Below, in pieces: positions 23,346-34,393 of a DNA stretch of 64,000 nucleotides. Source of the stretch: Podarcis pityusensis (Eukaryota); NCBI GenBank assembly GCA_964106645.2, contig OZ067039.1. One strand, written 5' to 3'. The stretch's first letter is position 1. Every line of letters begins with the position of its first letter. Under the pieces are notes generated by a model. It was not told where the DNA came from, did not search any database, and worked only from the letters and a program-made list of their open reading frames with translations. The translations under genes and the position numbers were made by a program.

Positions 23346-24073
23346 TGTAGAGCTTTGGTTGAAATTGCCAAGTCATCAAGAACGCAGGTGCAGTTTATGA
23401 CCCCTGCTGTTTGGACACTGCGATGCTGGGCTGCCTCATCCACACACACTCCCATTCCTATTTGGTTAGAACTAAGGAATGAGAAATGAAAACACGCAAT
23501 GGGTCCGAAATCTCTGCTTGAATGAGCTGACAAGTTGAAGATGGTGAACATCTATACCAGCTTGTGCCAAAGGAGCTTGATGATGATGATAAGTTTTTAA
23601 GGAGCACAGTTTGGAGCCAAGTTTTCCTTTGGTTAAAAAAATATCAGTGACCATCTTCTCTGGTTTTACTGACACACTCAGAGTTTTACACTTTATTCTT
23701 GCTCTTCCCCACTTTACGTTAATGGGAAGAAACCATTATCCATGTCTGCAGGATTGAATACGCAGTGTCTGTCACTGGGCACCCGAGAAGCTCTGAAGAG
23801 GATAGGCATCTTGCACAAATATCACAAAGACACACAGAGAACGATTATGAGTTCCTCTTTATTACTTGAATGAAGACTATGCTGGATGTTCTCCCGTTTT
23901 GATTTTTAAGTAAAAGCAATGGTTTTGGTAATGCTGAAATATTTTTCAGAAAGCTCTTAGAATATTCATATTCTTATTTTAAATTGTATGCCTTTTCCTT
24001 TCTCCCCTTTCATCACATGGATGATTCTAGTTATTTGGGGATACAGAATGGGATAATACCATGATTCTATGTA

Positions 24074-25056
24074 CAGTGGTGCCCCGCAAGACGAATGCCT
24101 CGCAAGACGGAAAACTCGCTAGATGAAAGGGTTTTCCGTTTTTTGAGCTGCTTCGCAAGACGAATTTCCCTATGGGCTTGCTTCGCAAGACGAAAACGTC
24201 TTGCAAGTTTGTTTCCTTTTTCTTAACACCGTTAATACAGTTGCGACTTGACTTCGAGGAGCAACTCATAGAACGCAGTGTACATAGTAGCCTTTTTTTG
24301 AGGTTTTTAAAGACTTTGGTGATTTTTGAAGCTTTTCCAAAACTTCTTTTGCAGCCATTTGGTAAGTTAAGCTTTTAAAACTTTTTTTGGGGGTTTTGGA
24401 TTTGGGGTTGGGGTGTTTGGAATTCAAGGACTTGGTGTTGGGGAGGGGTTTGCAAGAATCTGGAAGCTTGTGTGTTTTTTTCTGCATTTTTATGATTTTC
24501 TGTGACCATTGGGGCACTCTGCTGTTTTTTTAAAAAAATTCTGGATTTGAATTTCTGTGTGCTGGGTGGCTGGGGGAACAGTTGGGGAGGGGTTTGCAAG
24601 AATCTGGAAGCTTGTGGTTTTTTTTTCTGCATTTTTATGATTTTCTGTGACCATTGGGCCACTCTGCTGTTTTTTTTAAAAATTTCTGGATTTGAATTTC
24701 TGTGTGCTTGGTGGCTGGGGGAACAGTTGGGGAGGGGTTTGCAAGAATCTGGAAGCTTGTGTGTTTTTTTCTGCATTTTTATGATTTTCTGTGACCATTG
24801 GGCAACTCTGCTGTTTTTTTAAAAAAATTCTGGGTTTGAATTTTGAAATGCTCTTTACAGTATGTGTGACTTTAAAGAGCACTTAATAAACTCTTGTTGT
24901 ACCAAATTTGGCTTTGTTTGGACTTTTTTTGACCATAGGAACACATTAATTGATTTTCAATGCATTCCTATGGGAAACCGTGCTTCGCAAGACGAAAAAT
25001 TCGCTAGACGAAAAAATTCGTGGAATGAATTAATTTCGTCTTGCGAGGCACCACTG
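24074..25056. mobile_element. Non-autonomous Tc1/mariner-type element (983 bp)
   Basis: TIR CAGTGGTGCC(C/T)CGCAAGACGAA, TA TSD, repeated subterminal CGCAAGACG motifs. Confidence 0.9.
24438..24843. repeat. Tandem repeat, about 145-bp unit x 2.8, inside the transposon
   Basis: TTGGGGAGGGGTTTGCAAGAATCTGGAAGC recurs at 24438, 24582 and 24727. Confidence 0.92.
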
Positions 25057-25352
25057 TATCCAGGCCAACCATACTTGGCCAAGCGGCACTGAGAGGCACA
25101 AACAGGGTGTCACCTTTCCATTTCCCCATAGGGGGTGAAATGGGATGGGCCATTCCTGGTGGGAGGGAAGTATGTGCAGCCTGGGGTGATTTGCTTGAGG
25201 GGATTGTTTGCTGCGGCGATGAATGATGTTCCAGGCATATTGATTCACATTTTGTGATTTATTCATTGCATTTATTGTACCCACATCTTCTGCTGGTTTA
25301 TTTATTTATTCTTTATTGCATATTTTTTCTTCATTGAGGCGTGTTGCTTTTA

Positions 25353-25560
25353 CAGTCCTACCTTGGCTCCTGAATGCCTTGAGAGTTGAATATTCCATCT
25401 CCCAAACGATCGAAAACCGGAAGTGAGTGTTCCGGTTTTTGAATGTTCTTTTGGACGCTGAATGTCTGACAGGGCTTCTGATTGGCGGCCAATCGGAAGC
25501 TGTGCTTTGGTTTCCAAATGTTTCGGAAGTCGAACGGACTTTTGGAATGGATTGTGTTCA
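25353..25560. mobile_element. Degenerate Tc1/mariner MITE
   Basis: TA|CAGTCCTACCTTGG start; CGGAAGTCGAACGGACTT subterminal motif; right end lost. Confidence 0.6.
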
Positions 25561-26449
25561 TTGTTATGAGCTGATTTGAGCTTAACTTGGTTCTTGGAAA
25601 AGCGCCATAAAAAAATTAAATCAAGTCAAGTCAAGTCATGGCGATCCAGGGAAATGTGAGGGAGAGGCATATGTGGTGAAGTCCCCCCACCCACAATTTC
25701 TCTCCACTGTTCTATTGTGATATTCACTCAGTCCATGGGGGAGAGGATGTACAGGTTTGGTAAAAGAACAACCTCCCACTTGGGCATCCAGATGGTATAT
25801 GGGATTTTTGGCACAGATCTCACAAATGTTGCTTTTGCGAAGTAGGACAGGCCAGAGGAGCAAATGCATGTTAAACCCCACCATCTGTCCATATTTAATT
25901 GAATGCTATAACCAGGTGTCCCATACAAGGAATCTAAGTAGAGGTGATGCATAAGCATCATGAGGCTGCTTTTCTTCCTTTGGAAAGGGAAGAATAAACT
26001 GCCAAAAACATTGCCAGTAGAGAACGACAATAAATCATTTTAATGCGGCGCTAGATACAGTTTTGGAAGAGGAAGAAACCAGGTGATCCAGCTGCAAGTT
26101 TAAATAGTTTGCAATTTCAATGAGGTAATGTGGTTTGAAAAAAACCGTACCTCTGAAATGATGTCTGGAGCTCATTCCTTGCAACAACTCTCATCTGTTG
26201 GTCCACTGAATAAACAGCCCACTATCCCAAACCTTTGCTGGAAACAAAATTTGGTGGTCTTGTCCCTCACTGTAATTAGCCCTCTCAACAGCTGAAAGCC
26301 TAGTGGATCTAAATTGCAGTTATAAGACCACACAGGGCCCTTAAATGATCTGGAGATACACTGGGTTGGTGTGAGACAGAAGCAGAGTAGGCTTCTGTGC
26401 TACAATTAGCAAACAATTAGAAGGGCCAGGTTCATTCTTTGAGCCCTGG

Positions 26450-26884
26450 TGTAATGGTTCTAGGGGTTGCTCGTGCGTAAGCCGGTGTAAACACCTGGCT
26501 GGGTTGCCTGAGTGAACCTTTTCTGTCCGGACAGCCACTCACCCGTGGCTGTCTCAATCGCTGGCAGAATCCGTCAGTGGGCGTTTCTTAAACTTCTTCC
26601 AGCAAAGAAGCTCTTTGACGCCTAGTCTCCTCCTACTCTCTCTGCGTGAAAGCCTTCTGCGCAAGGAGGGCGTAGGCAGCGGAGGACCTCTACTCTCCCC
26701 GCTGGTCCCCGGCAAGGAGTCATGGGACCGCCTTGCCGCTTCCCCCATCTGCCCCCCTTCTCCACTGGTGCTACGCTGATTCTCTTCCCCAGAAGATGGG
26801 CTGCCTCTCCCAATCCCGGGACGCTCTCTGGAATCCCTCTGGATTTTGCTCTCTCCCTCCGGCACTGATGGCAGTTCCCTGACA
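26450..26884 (-). mobile_element. Solo LTR, family B (435 bp), sister family of LTR A
   Basis: Sense TGTCAGGGAACTGCCATC...CCATTACA; 5-bp TSD CCTGG at 26445-26449 and 26885-26889. Confidence 0.92.
26554..26883 (-). CDS. LTR-encoded reading frame, family B (109 aa)
   Basis: VRELPS...PTPSLRRRLSRRESRRRLGVKELLCWKKFKKRPLTDSASD*, homologous to the family A frame. Confidence 0.55.
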   Translation of the reverse strand, partial: VRELPSVPEGESKIQRDSRERPGIGRGSPSSGEENQRSTSGEGGQMGEAARRSHDSLPGTSGESRGPPLPTPSLRRRLSRRESRRRLGVKELLCWKKFKKRPLTDSASD

Positions 26885-28086
26885 CCTGGACTGGTCAGAA
26901 GAATGGCAAAGTCAGATTGAAAAAATCCAGTTTCCAAGCAAACGGCAGCGATGAGGAGGGGAATTGTGCTACAAGGGTCATTCATACAAGTACCCATACA
27001 AGCACTCGCTTGTATTGTTACCCTTGAACAAACAAATAAAAGGCCTTTGCCCAGCACGTGCTTCTTTCTGGTCTTTCTGGCTTGGAAGGTCTACAATTAT
27101 TCACCCCTGACCTTTCCCAAACCGAAAAGTTCTGTATATCCATTGCTGGGCTCTTGTCCTGCAGTCAGTTTCCACCGGGCAAGAAGAAACAGCCAACACA
27201 ACACAAGCTTTTTGTAACAGTTTGAAGCACCTGCGCTCTGGATGCAGACACCCTTTAGCCGAATCAGTGTGTCACACACACAAGCTCCCCTGTTCATTTT
27301 CTGTGCTCTGCAATATCAAGGAGACACCGCTTTCAGCACATCTGCTTTCCATTTCCCTGGATTCTGCCTCCTCTCTGCTGTTGCTGCACGGTTACTAAAA
27401 TGGTAATTTAATCTGTTCCTTTTCCTCTTGTACTCATGCAATGAAAAAAGTGATCATGACTATGCTGGATGGAGCTGAAATTCACTGGCGGAATAATGTT
27501 TTGCCACAGCTGAAGCAAGCACTATACACATTATTTTTAGGTGCGTCCCTAGGATGATTGAAGTGGACACCTTAATGCCATGTGATGAATATGTGTTTGC
27601 AGCTATGTGTATCACAAACATAAATTTGTCAGGGATTGGTTACAGAAGGGGAAGGGAGACTTAAGGCTTGCGGGATCTACTTAGTTCCTCCACCCTAGAA
27701 TCCTGAGGTCTACCAACTGGAGCAAAGTACAAATAGTGGCGTACATGTGCTAGGAATTAGGGAATAGGGTGCTTTTGAGCGTATGCTAAGCCCAGGAATC
27801 TTTTTATCAGTACCATGCTAACACATTCTTTAATACAAACCCCCACCCCTGGTTTCCCCTCCCCCTCCAGCATTCGCCTCCCTCAATCTAATTCATTTGC
27901 GGGAGGAGTTTGATGCTATTGTTGTACAGTTGGGAATCAGAAACACTTCCTGATCTACTGCAAATTACCCAGAGATTTTCCCAACAGCTACCCGTCAGGT
28001 GCCAATACCCCTTAAGCAATATGTAGAGATTCAGAAGCAAAGCATGATGGATGTTGAAAGCATTTCCCCATGCTTCTAATTCTTAG

Positions 28087-28567
28087 CACTGGTGGAGGAA
28101 GGTGGGTGCAGGGGGGGCATCGCTCTGGGTGTCATCCCTGAGCGGGGGTGACATTCGGCGCACAGCCTGCCCGCGACTCAGACTCCCACACCTACCTCGA
28201 GCCGTTGGGGGAAGGGGGGGAGCTGCTGCGCTGCTTTGACGGTTCCTTCCTCCCCTCTTCCTGTTCGCCTGCCTCCTTCCCATCCTCTTCCCTGCCTCCC
28301 TGCCTCCTCCAGCCGGGACCATGGCGCAGCAGCTCCCCCTTCCCCTGGTGGCTGGTGGTAGGTGCGAGAGTCACGGGCGGGCAGTGCGTCATTGCCCCGT
28401 GCACCCAGCTGGAGGAGGCAGGCAGGCAGGGGAGAGGATGGAAAGGAGGCAGGCGAGCGAGAAGATCGGTGGGTGCGTGTGCGGCTATCCTGCTCCTGGG
28501 AGGGCACCCTCCGTGCCCCTCGGGAGCGCCCCCACCCTGGGCAGCGCGGGCATATGCTCCGCCACTG
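28087..28567. mobile_element. Non-autonomous hAT element with internal inverted repeats
   Basis: TIR CACTGGTGGAG / CTCCGCCACTG; perfect 8-bp TSD ATTCTTAG. Confidence 0.85.
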
Positions 28568-31196
28568 ATTCTTAGGCAGGAAGATGGCAATGAAGGCTAG
28601 CTTTGGATGGTTGGGCATCTGAAGCAGAACATGCAAGCAATGCCCCTGCATGATAACAAATATAAGAATTAAATAACTGGCTGTTTGTTGTTCCCTAATG
28701 ACAAACCATCACCTCCTGCCTTTGACAGCTGCCTTGGTTTGCTTCATGGCTGGTTGGATCTGGTGTCCACCATAGCTCTTGGCTTGGGTTTGTTTATTGC
28801 GTCCCTTGAGCTGATGGGGGAGCCCTTGACGAGAATTCTGTTTCTCACAATGTGTGTTTACAACTGTAGCAAACATTGCTTTGTGGGTGTGGCTGCATCC
28901 GGAAAGGGAAGGTGCCATCTGTGAAATGCTGCGTCAGTGAAGCATGCTACGATGCAATATTAGTAAATCTCACCAATTGCTTTAATTGTGCTTGGCCACA
29001 AAACAATTCACAGCCTAACCCATACGTTAAACAAACACAAGGGTTCCCATTCCCTTGAGCATAGCTCCGATGAAACATGTTGTTTATAATGTGCTTATTT
29101 GCTGATTGGGAGGTCAAGCATGTTTGACATTCCCAGCTCTCTCTTAACTAGGATCTGCGCTTTGCTATCAGGCCCATCTCCCACCCTGCCCTCACCCACA
29201 GAAACCACATTTCCATTTTCTAGTGAAATGTTTACAGCTTGGAAGTTGCAGAGATAATTTTAACCATCTGCCTTACCTCCAAGAAGGGAAAGTTTTAATT
29301 GTTTGGTTTTTTTGTTTTTTTTATTTTAAAGAATGTCCTTTTAAAAAACTTCAGCTCCTTTTTGACACTTTAGGATCTACAAATTATGTGACTGTTTACT
29401 TTAAGCATCTGGATGTAGAAAACAGTCATTGATTCAAGGGCCCCAGGAAAGTAAACAGTGCAACACCCGCCAGTCACTCAGTTGTCACATGCAATTGGAG
29501 GTGACACAAGAGATTGCATGCCAAATACCTTGGCAGTTGGCAGGCACGTGCTCTTGTCCCACCAATGCGGGTACAAGAAGGGTGATGGCGGAACAAACCT
29601 GGTTTTTATCTCCCACCAGGCCTGGCCTTATATGACGAAAATACAAGATAGCCCCTCTGGGTTCTTTTCTGCATTATGGGCTGGGCTATCAGTGTGGCAC
29701 ATATAAATACGTATACCAGCACTAAGGAAGAATATCATAGCCTCCAACTTTCCTCAGATGAAAAGACATTTCTCACTCCCTCACAACTAATCATCCTCCA
29801 CCCACCCCCCATTTTTGTTGCCACCGCTGCAGAACATTTCCTATCCAAAGGGAAAATGTCACCACCACTTCACACAGCAAACACAACCTCCACCATCCTG
29901 AGAAAACCCCGTAATCTCAATTTTATTTTATTCTTTGGTAGATTTACAAAAAGAAAAACACACACCAATATATAAATTTTAGAAAGGGGCAAGATTAGAC
30001 ACAGACACATGACGTATACATTTAAATCAAGTCTTCTTGCACTCGGCTCTGCTCCGCCTTTCTTTCTGCCCAGGGTAGCCCTGCCCTCTGCCTGCCCCTG
30101 GTGCTTCAAATGGGGTTGAACCATGGCGGTGGGAGCCTCACTTCCTCCTTGCCTGTTCTCCAGCAGTCATTGGGGGAGGCTGGCAGCAGCGGCTATGGAG
30201 AGGCCATGGAAAAGCAATAGGATGCTCCCTCACTGCCGCCACCACTCAGGACAAGCACCATCTCCTCCTCCTCCTCAAGCTTGATGGCAGAATCACTAGC
30301 AGGGGAAATTGGGACATTCCAGGATGAAATCAGAAGCTGGGATGGCTTTTGTAATTCCAGGACTGTCTGTGGGAAATCAGGACTCTTGGAGGATATGGAA
30401 TATTTCCTCGTCCTTTCTGGGGAAGGATATTTGAGACTTGTGGGTACCCTGGGTAGTATCGCTTGTGCTATTGTGGGAGTTGCATAACTGACAGTGGAAT
30501 CTGCTTGGTCGCCCACAGTTACTGGACTACTTGAGCCTCTGTGCTTAAGAGGCTTCTGATCAGAAGGCTCCAAATGCCTGCAGTTCCTCTCTTCCGATTG
30601 GGCGATCAGTGAATTGGAACACTCTGTGGACTAGCACTTTGGTGATGTGTAACCCCTGCCCGGGAATAGCGTGAGAAATGCTCAATGGCCTTTCAGCGTC
30701 ACGTGTGAAAATGCCCTGTGTGTGAACTGACTGTGTTCTAAGAGATGGCCTTTAGAAGATTTACACTGATCTGTGGATCCTGCTTTAGATAGTTTTTGTT
30801 TACTCGGCATCTGCATTCAGGCTGCCTTAGCAAACTCTTGGCTTGAGCTCCTGGTAGCTCCGAGCACCCTCTCCTGTTAATCTCTACAATTGTTTGTTTT
30901 ATGGTGTAGACTACTTTGCATTGTCAGGACATCATCCCTGGACAGTGTTTTCCTTGGCAGCATTTCTAGGTCTGAATCTTGGCCTCTCCAGATTTCTCGT
31001 CATTAGCAGTCAGAAAAAATGCTAAGCAGGCTCTGGCTGTTTCTGCTCACAATTTGTGGCAACTTGCAGAGGGTTAATGAATGCCTCTCCTCCCCACCCT
31101 CCCCGGATGCTTTGCATGAGGCATTTAGGGTGACAGAAAAATTGTAACCTCCTGCTCCAGAAGCAGATGATTTAACATCTCTCTGCACCCTTTATA

Positions 31197-31422
31197 CAGT
31201 GGTACCTTGGGTTAAGAACTTAATTCATTCTGAAAGTCCGTTCTTAACCTGAAACTGTTCTTAACCTGAGATACCACTTTAGCTAATGGGGCCTCCTGCT
31301 GCCGCCGTGCTGCCACCGCGCGATTTCTGTTCTCATCCTGAAGCAAAGTTCTTAACCTGAGGTACTGTTTCTGGGTTAGCGGAGTCTGTAACCTGAAGCG
31401 TCTGTAACCTGAGGTACCACTG
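31197..31422 (+). mobile_element. Tc1/mariner MITE (same family as 1931-2172)
   Basis: TIRs, TA TSD, colinear with 1931-2172. Confidence 0.9.
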
Positions 31423-31713
31423 TAGTTAGACATATGCAGACGCTGAAACTGATTTGTAACTCTGTTTCCTTCACCAGCATATTAAACCATGGGTAGCAAA
31501 TGTGGTGTTGGACTGCAGCTCCCATAATCCCTGACCCTTGATCATGGTAGTGGGGGCTGATGGAGGCTGGGGTCTAGCAGAATCTGGAAGGCACCATGTT
31601 AGTTGCCTCTGTATTGGGCAGATGTATCGATTAAGAGGTTTAAAAACCTCTTTTCAGGGCACCTTGCTCTTGCAAGGCAGCAGACAGAAAATTCCATCAC
31701 AAGACCTAATAAT

Positions 31714-32184
31714 CAGTGCCGGATTTATGTCTAGGCTAAGTAGGCTGAAGCCTAGGGCCTCTAAATCTAGGGGGCCTCGCCAGCCCTCCTGCTCCCCGGC
31801 AGGCGATCTCCCCTCTCCCAAGCCCAAGACTTCATGTGAGGACAGGGCAACTCGGGCCTCTAAGTCTAGGGGGCCTCGGCGGCCTGCTCCCCAGTTCCAC
31901 AGTCTCCCCTCTCCCAAAATTGCAAACCCAAAACTTCATTGCAAGGGCAGGGCAACTTGGGCCCAGCAACTATGAGACTCAGGGCTAGCCAGTAGGGCCC
32001 AATTTGAAGCATTGTGACCCAACCTTTTTTCTTTTGTAGGACCCCAGTTCACAGTCAAAGTCCGCAAAATCTTATAGATATAAATAAAATCCATCTAGAT
32101 TGCCCTGGTGCAGGGGCCCCCTTAGGAGCGGCCCGCGGGGCCCAATTTGGCCCAATTGCTCCAATTGGCTTAAGGTCAGCCCTG
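31714..32184. mobile_element. hAT-like non-autonomous element
   Basis: CAGTGCCGGATTTA / TAAGGTCAGCCCTG termini resemble 40338-41151; internal duplication of about 100 bp; TSD not preserved. Confidence 0.6.
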
Positions 32185-33985
32185 ATGAGTTTGTGCAGGG
32201 TTGGAATGAGAAGCCCTGCACCTTCTAGGTCCCTGGTGTCACTATTCAGAGTACAGACTCAAGGACTTGTTATGGGAATAAAGGGGGGGGGCAGTGTGTG
32301 TAGGAGAGTGCCTAGCAGTGCCAAGAGATATTGATTCTGCCATTGCCCCATGCCTCTTTAGGTTGTTGCTGGACACTCAGTGTGGCATTGCCCTCATTGC
32401 AGCCCCTGTTCTGGAATTAAGAAGCTCATTGCCTCTCCCTCTTCCTGTGGAAAGCATGTAGGGTATGGTCATAGGGATAGAGAGATGCCTCTATATGCTC
32501 TGAATGTAGTGGTGAATTGGAGCTTTCAGTTTAAAGCCAGAAGAAACAACACTAGCCATTTTCTTTTTGTCTGGCCAATTTCATCATCCTCTCATCAGTG
32601 TTCACTATGTTCAGAGGAACCAGCTAAAATTAGGATTTAGGAGAGAAAAAAACTTTCCCCCAGCGGCGCTTCCCCCCACCCTGGCATCAAATCTGTACAT
32701 CTATCAAGCCACCAGTGCTGGAACACAGCTAATCCCACAGTAGCTTCAAGGGGAAAGCTGCTCATATTGCTCCGAATAATTATCTGTACTCAGCCATACT
32801 GTATTGAATTAGCTAGCATGTGGCTACTATTAATCTTTCATCCATAATCTCAGCTTGCTAGGTGGACCACAGAAGACATAACTGAGGTTGCAGTCCTATA
32901 CTTGGAGTGGCTTACTTTTGAGTAGACATGCACAGGATTGTAATGTGCAGGCTTACTCCTAGGTAACTGCATGTTGCTTAAACTTCAGGCACGTTTCCAT
33001 TAAGCGGAAATTCGGAGAGGAACAGACTGGAATTCAGAGCCATTCATCAGCAAATTAACCTTGGAACGACTCCTACCTTCTTGCAGCGTTTACTGGACCC
33101 ATCACCTAGTTATCACAGCTGGATGGCTGGATTGTGTCTTCTCTCTGGAGTGTTATCTTGGAAGAGCATAATGGAAAGAAGAGGAAGAAGAAGAAGAAGA
33201 AGAAAAAGCTCCTGTTAAGATTGCGGTTGTCTGAACAGCTCTTGGCAGGAATAACAAATCGAGGTTGCCTCTGATCCTGCCAGACTTTTCTCTTTCATTA
33301 GCACAAATGTCAGTCCAGAGGAAAAAAACAAAACAAAAAACCCAACCCCATTTACTTTGGAGATGCTCTTGCAGCCTGTTGCATATTCTGTTCTGATCTG
33401 ACTGGATTGTTGGCAGAACAGGAGGAGACGGGCATAAATCACATGGGCTTTCTATCCTAGGGCATTTCTGCTCAATCTTTCGCAGCTCCAAGATCAGCTT
33501 TAAATTATTCCAGGAGGATGCTTGTTGTTGTTGTTGCTGTTGTTGTCTGATATGTTGGATACTGTTGACTTATTCCTGTTATGTTTCCGCAATAGTAGAA
33601 AACAGCCAGAGTCTTTTGCTTTTGGCAAAAAATGCTCTTCCCATTTCAGCAAAATGTTTTTCCTAGAGGGCAATGGCTGGAAAAAAATAATAGGGTTTAA
33701 AAAAAATAATTCTCTTTCCCCCTCCCAATTTTAAATAAATTGCAATCAGCTCTACAATCCATTTATTCAAACCAGATTCTCTGAATACAAGGAGGGAAAA
33801 AGCAACTACCAATAGCCTTTGCTGAACTGGTGCCTCTTAATGGCAAAAACTTCCTTCTAACTGGAACAGCATTTCTCCTGTATCTTTCTGCTGAAGATAC
33901 TGTTGTCAGGGCACAAACCCTGCAACCATAGATCAATGGGTTATTACATCCATGAGTTATTACATAACTCCCAGTTTATGCTGGG

Positions 33986-34393
33986 TGTCAGGGAACTGCC
34001 ATCGGAAGGAAGGGAGGTGAAAGGGCTCACACAGGTTGGGAGAGACTCAGCAGCTGAAGAGGGAACCAGTAGGGGGAGAGGAGGTGAGCTGAGGGAAAGT
34101 GAGCTGGAGGGATGGCTCAGAGACACTTCCAGCGAAAACAGTGGGGAGGTTTCAGGACTTCCTGTAGGGACACCCACTCCTCGCCGGAAACTGTCACGCA
34201 GAGAGTCCAGAAGACGTGTTTCCGTTAAGGAGCTTTTATGTTGGAAGCGATTCCGAAAGCAACCACTGTCGGAATCTGCCAGCGACTGACGGAGCCATGT
34301 TTAAGGGGCTCCGTTATAGACAGAGGTTTGCAAACTTGACCAAACTCTGAGGGACTTGGATTTTACACACAAGCAGCTCATCGTCCCATCACA
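33986..34393 (+). mobile_element. Solo LTR, family A (408 bp)
   Basis: TG...CA termini; 5-bp TSD CTGGG at 33981-33985 and 34394-34398; near-identical to 928-1335. Confidence 0.95.
33987..34289 (+). CDS. LTR-encoded reading frame, family A (100 aa)
   Basis: VRELPSEGRE...PTPRRKLSRRESRRRVSVKELLCWKRFRKQPLSESASD*. Confidence 0.55.
   Translation, partial: VRELPSEGREVKGLTQVGRDSAAEEGTSRGRGGELRESELEGWLRDTSSENSGEVSGLPVGTPTPRRKLSRRESRRRVSVKELLCWKRFRKQPLSESASD

Noticed and set aside
24266-24882. Repetitive Lys-rich ORFs, and a superficially CRISPR-like repeat
   Set aside because: Translation of a tandem repeat in a transposon; no unique spacers, no cas genes, vertebrate DNA.
30193-30573. 126-aa minus-strand ORF
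   Set aside because: No ATG start, overlaps a degenerate repeat fragment (about 30300-30400), no recognisable domain.
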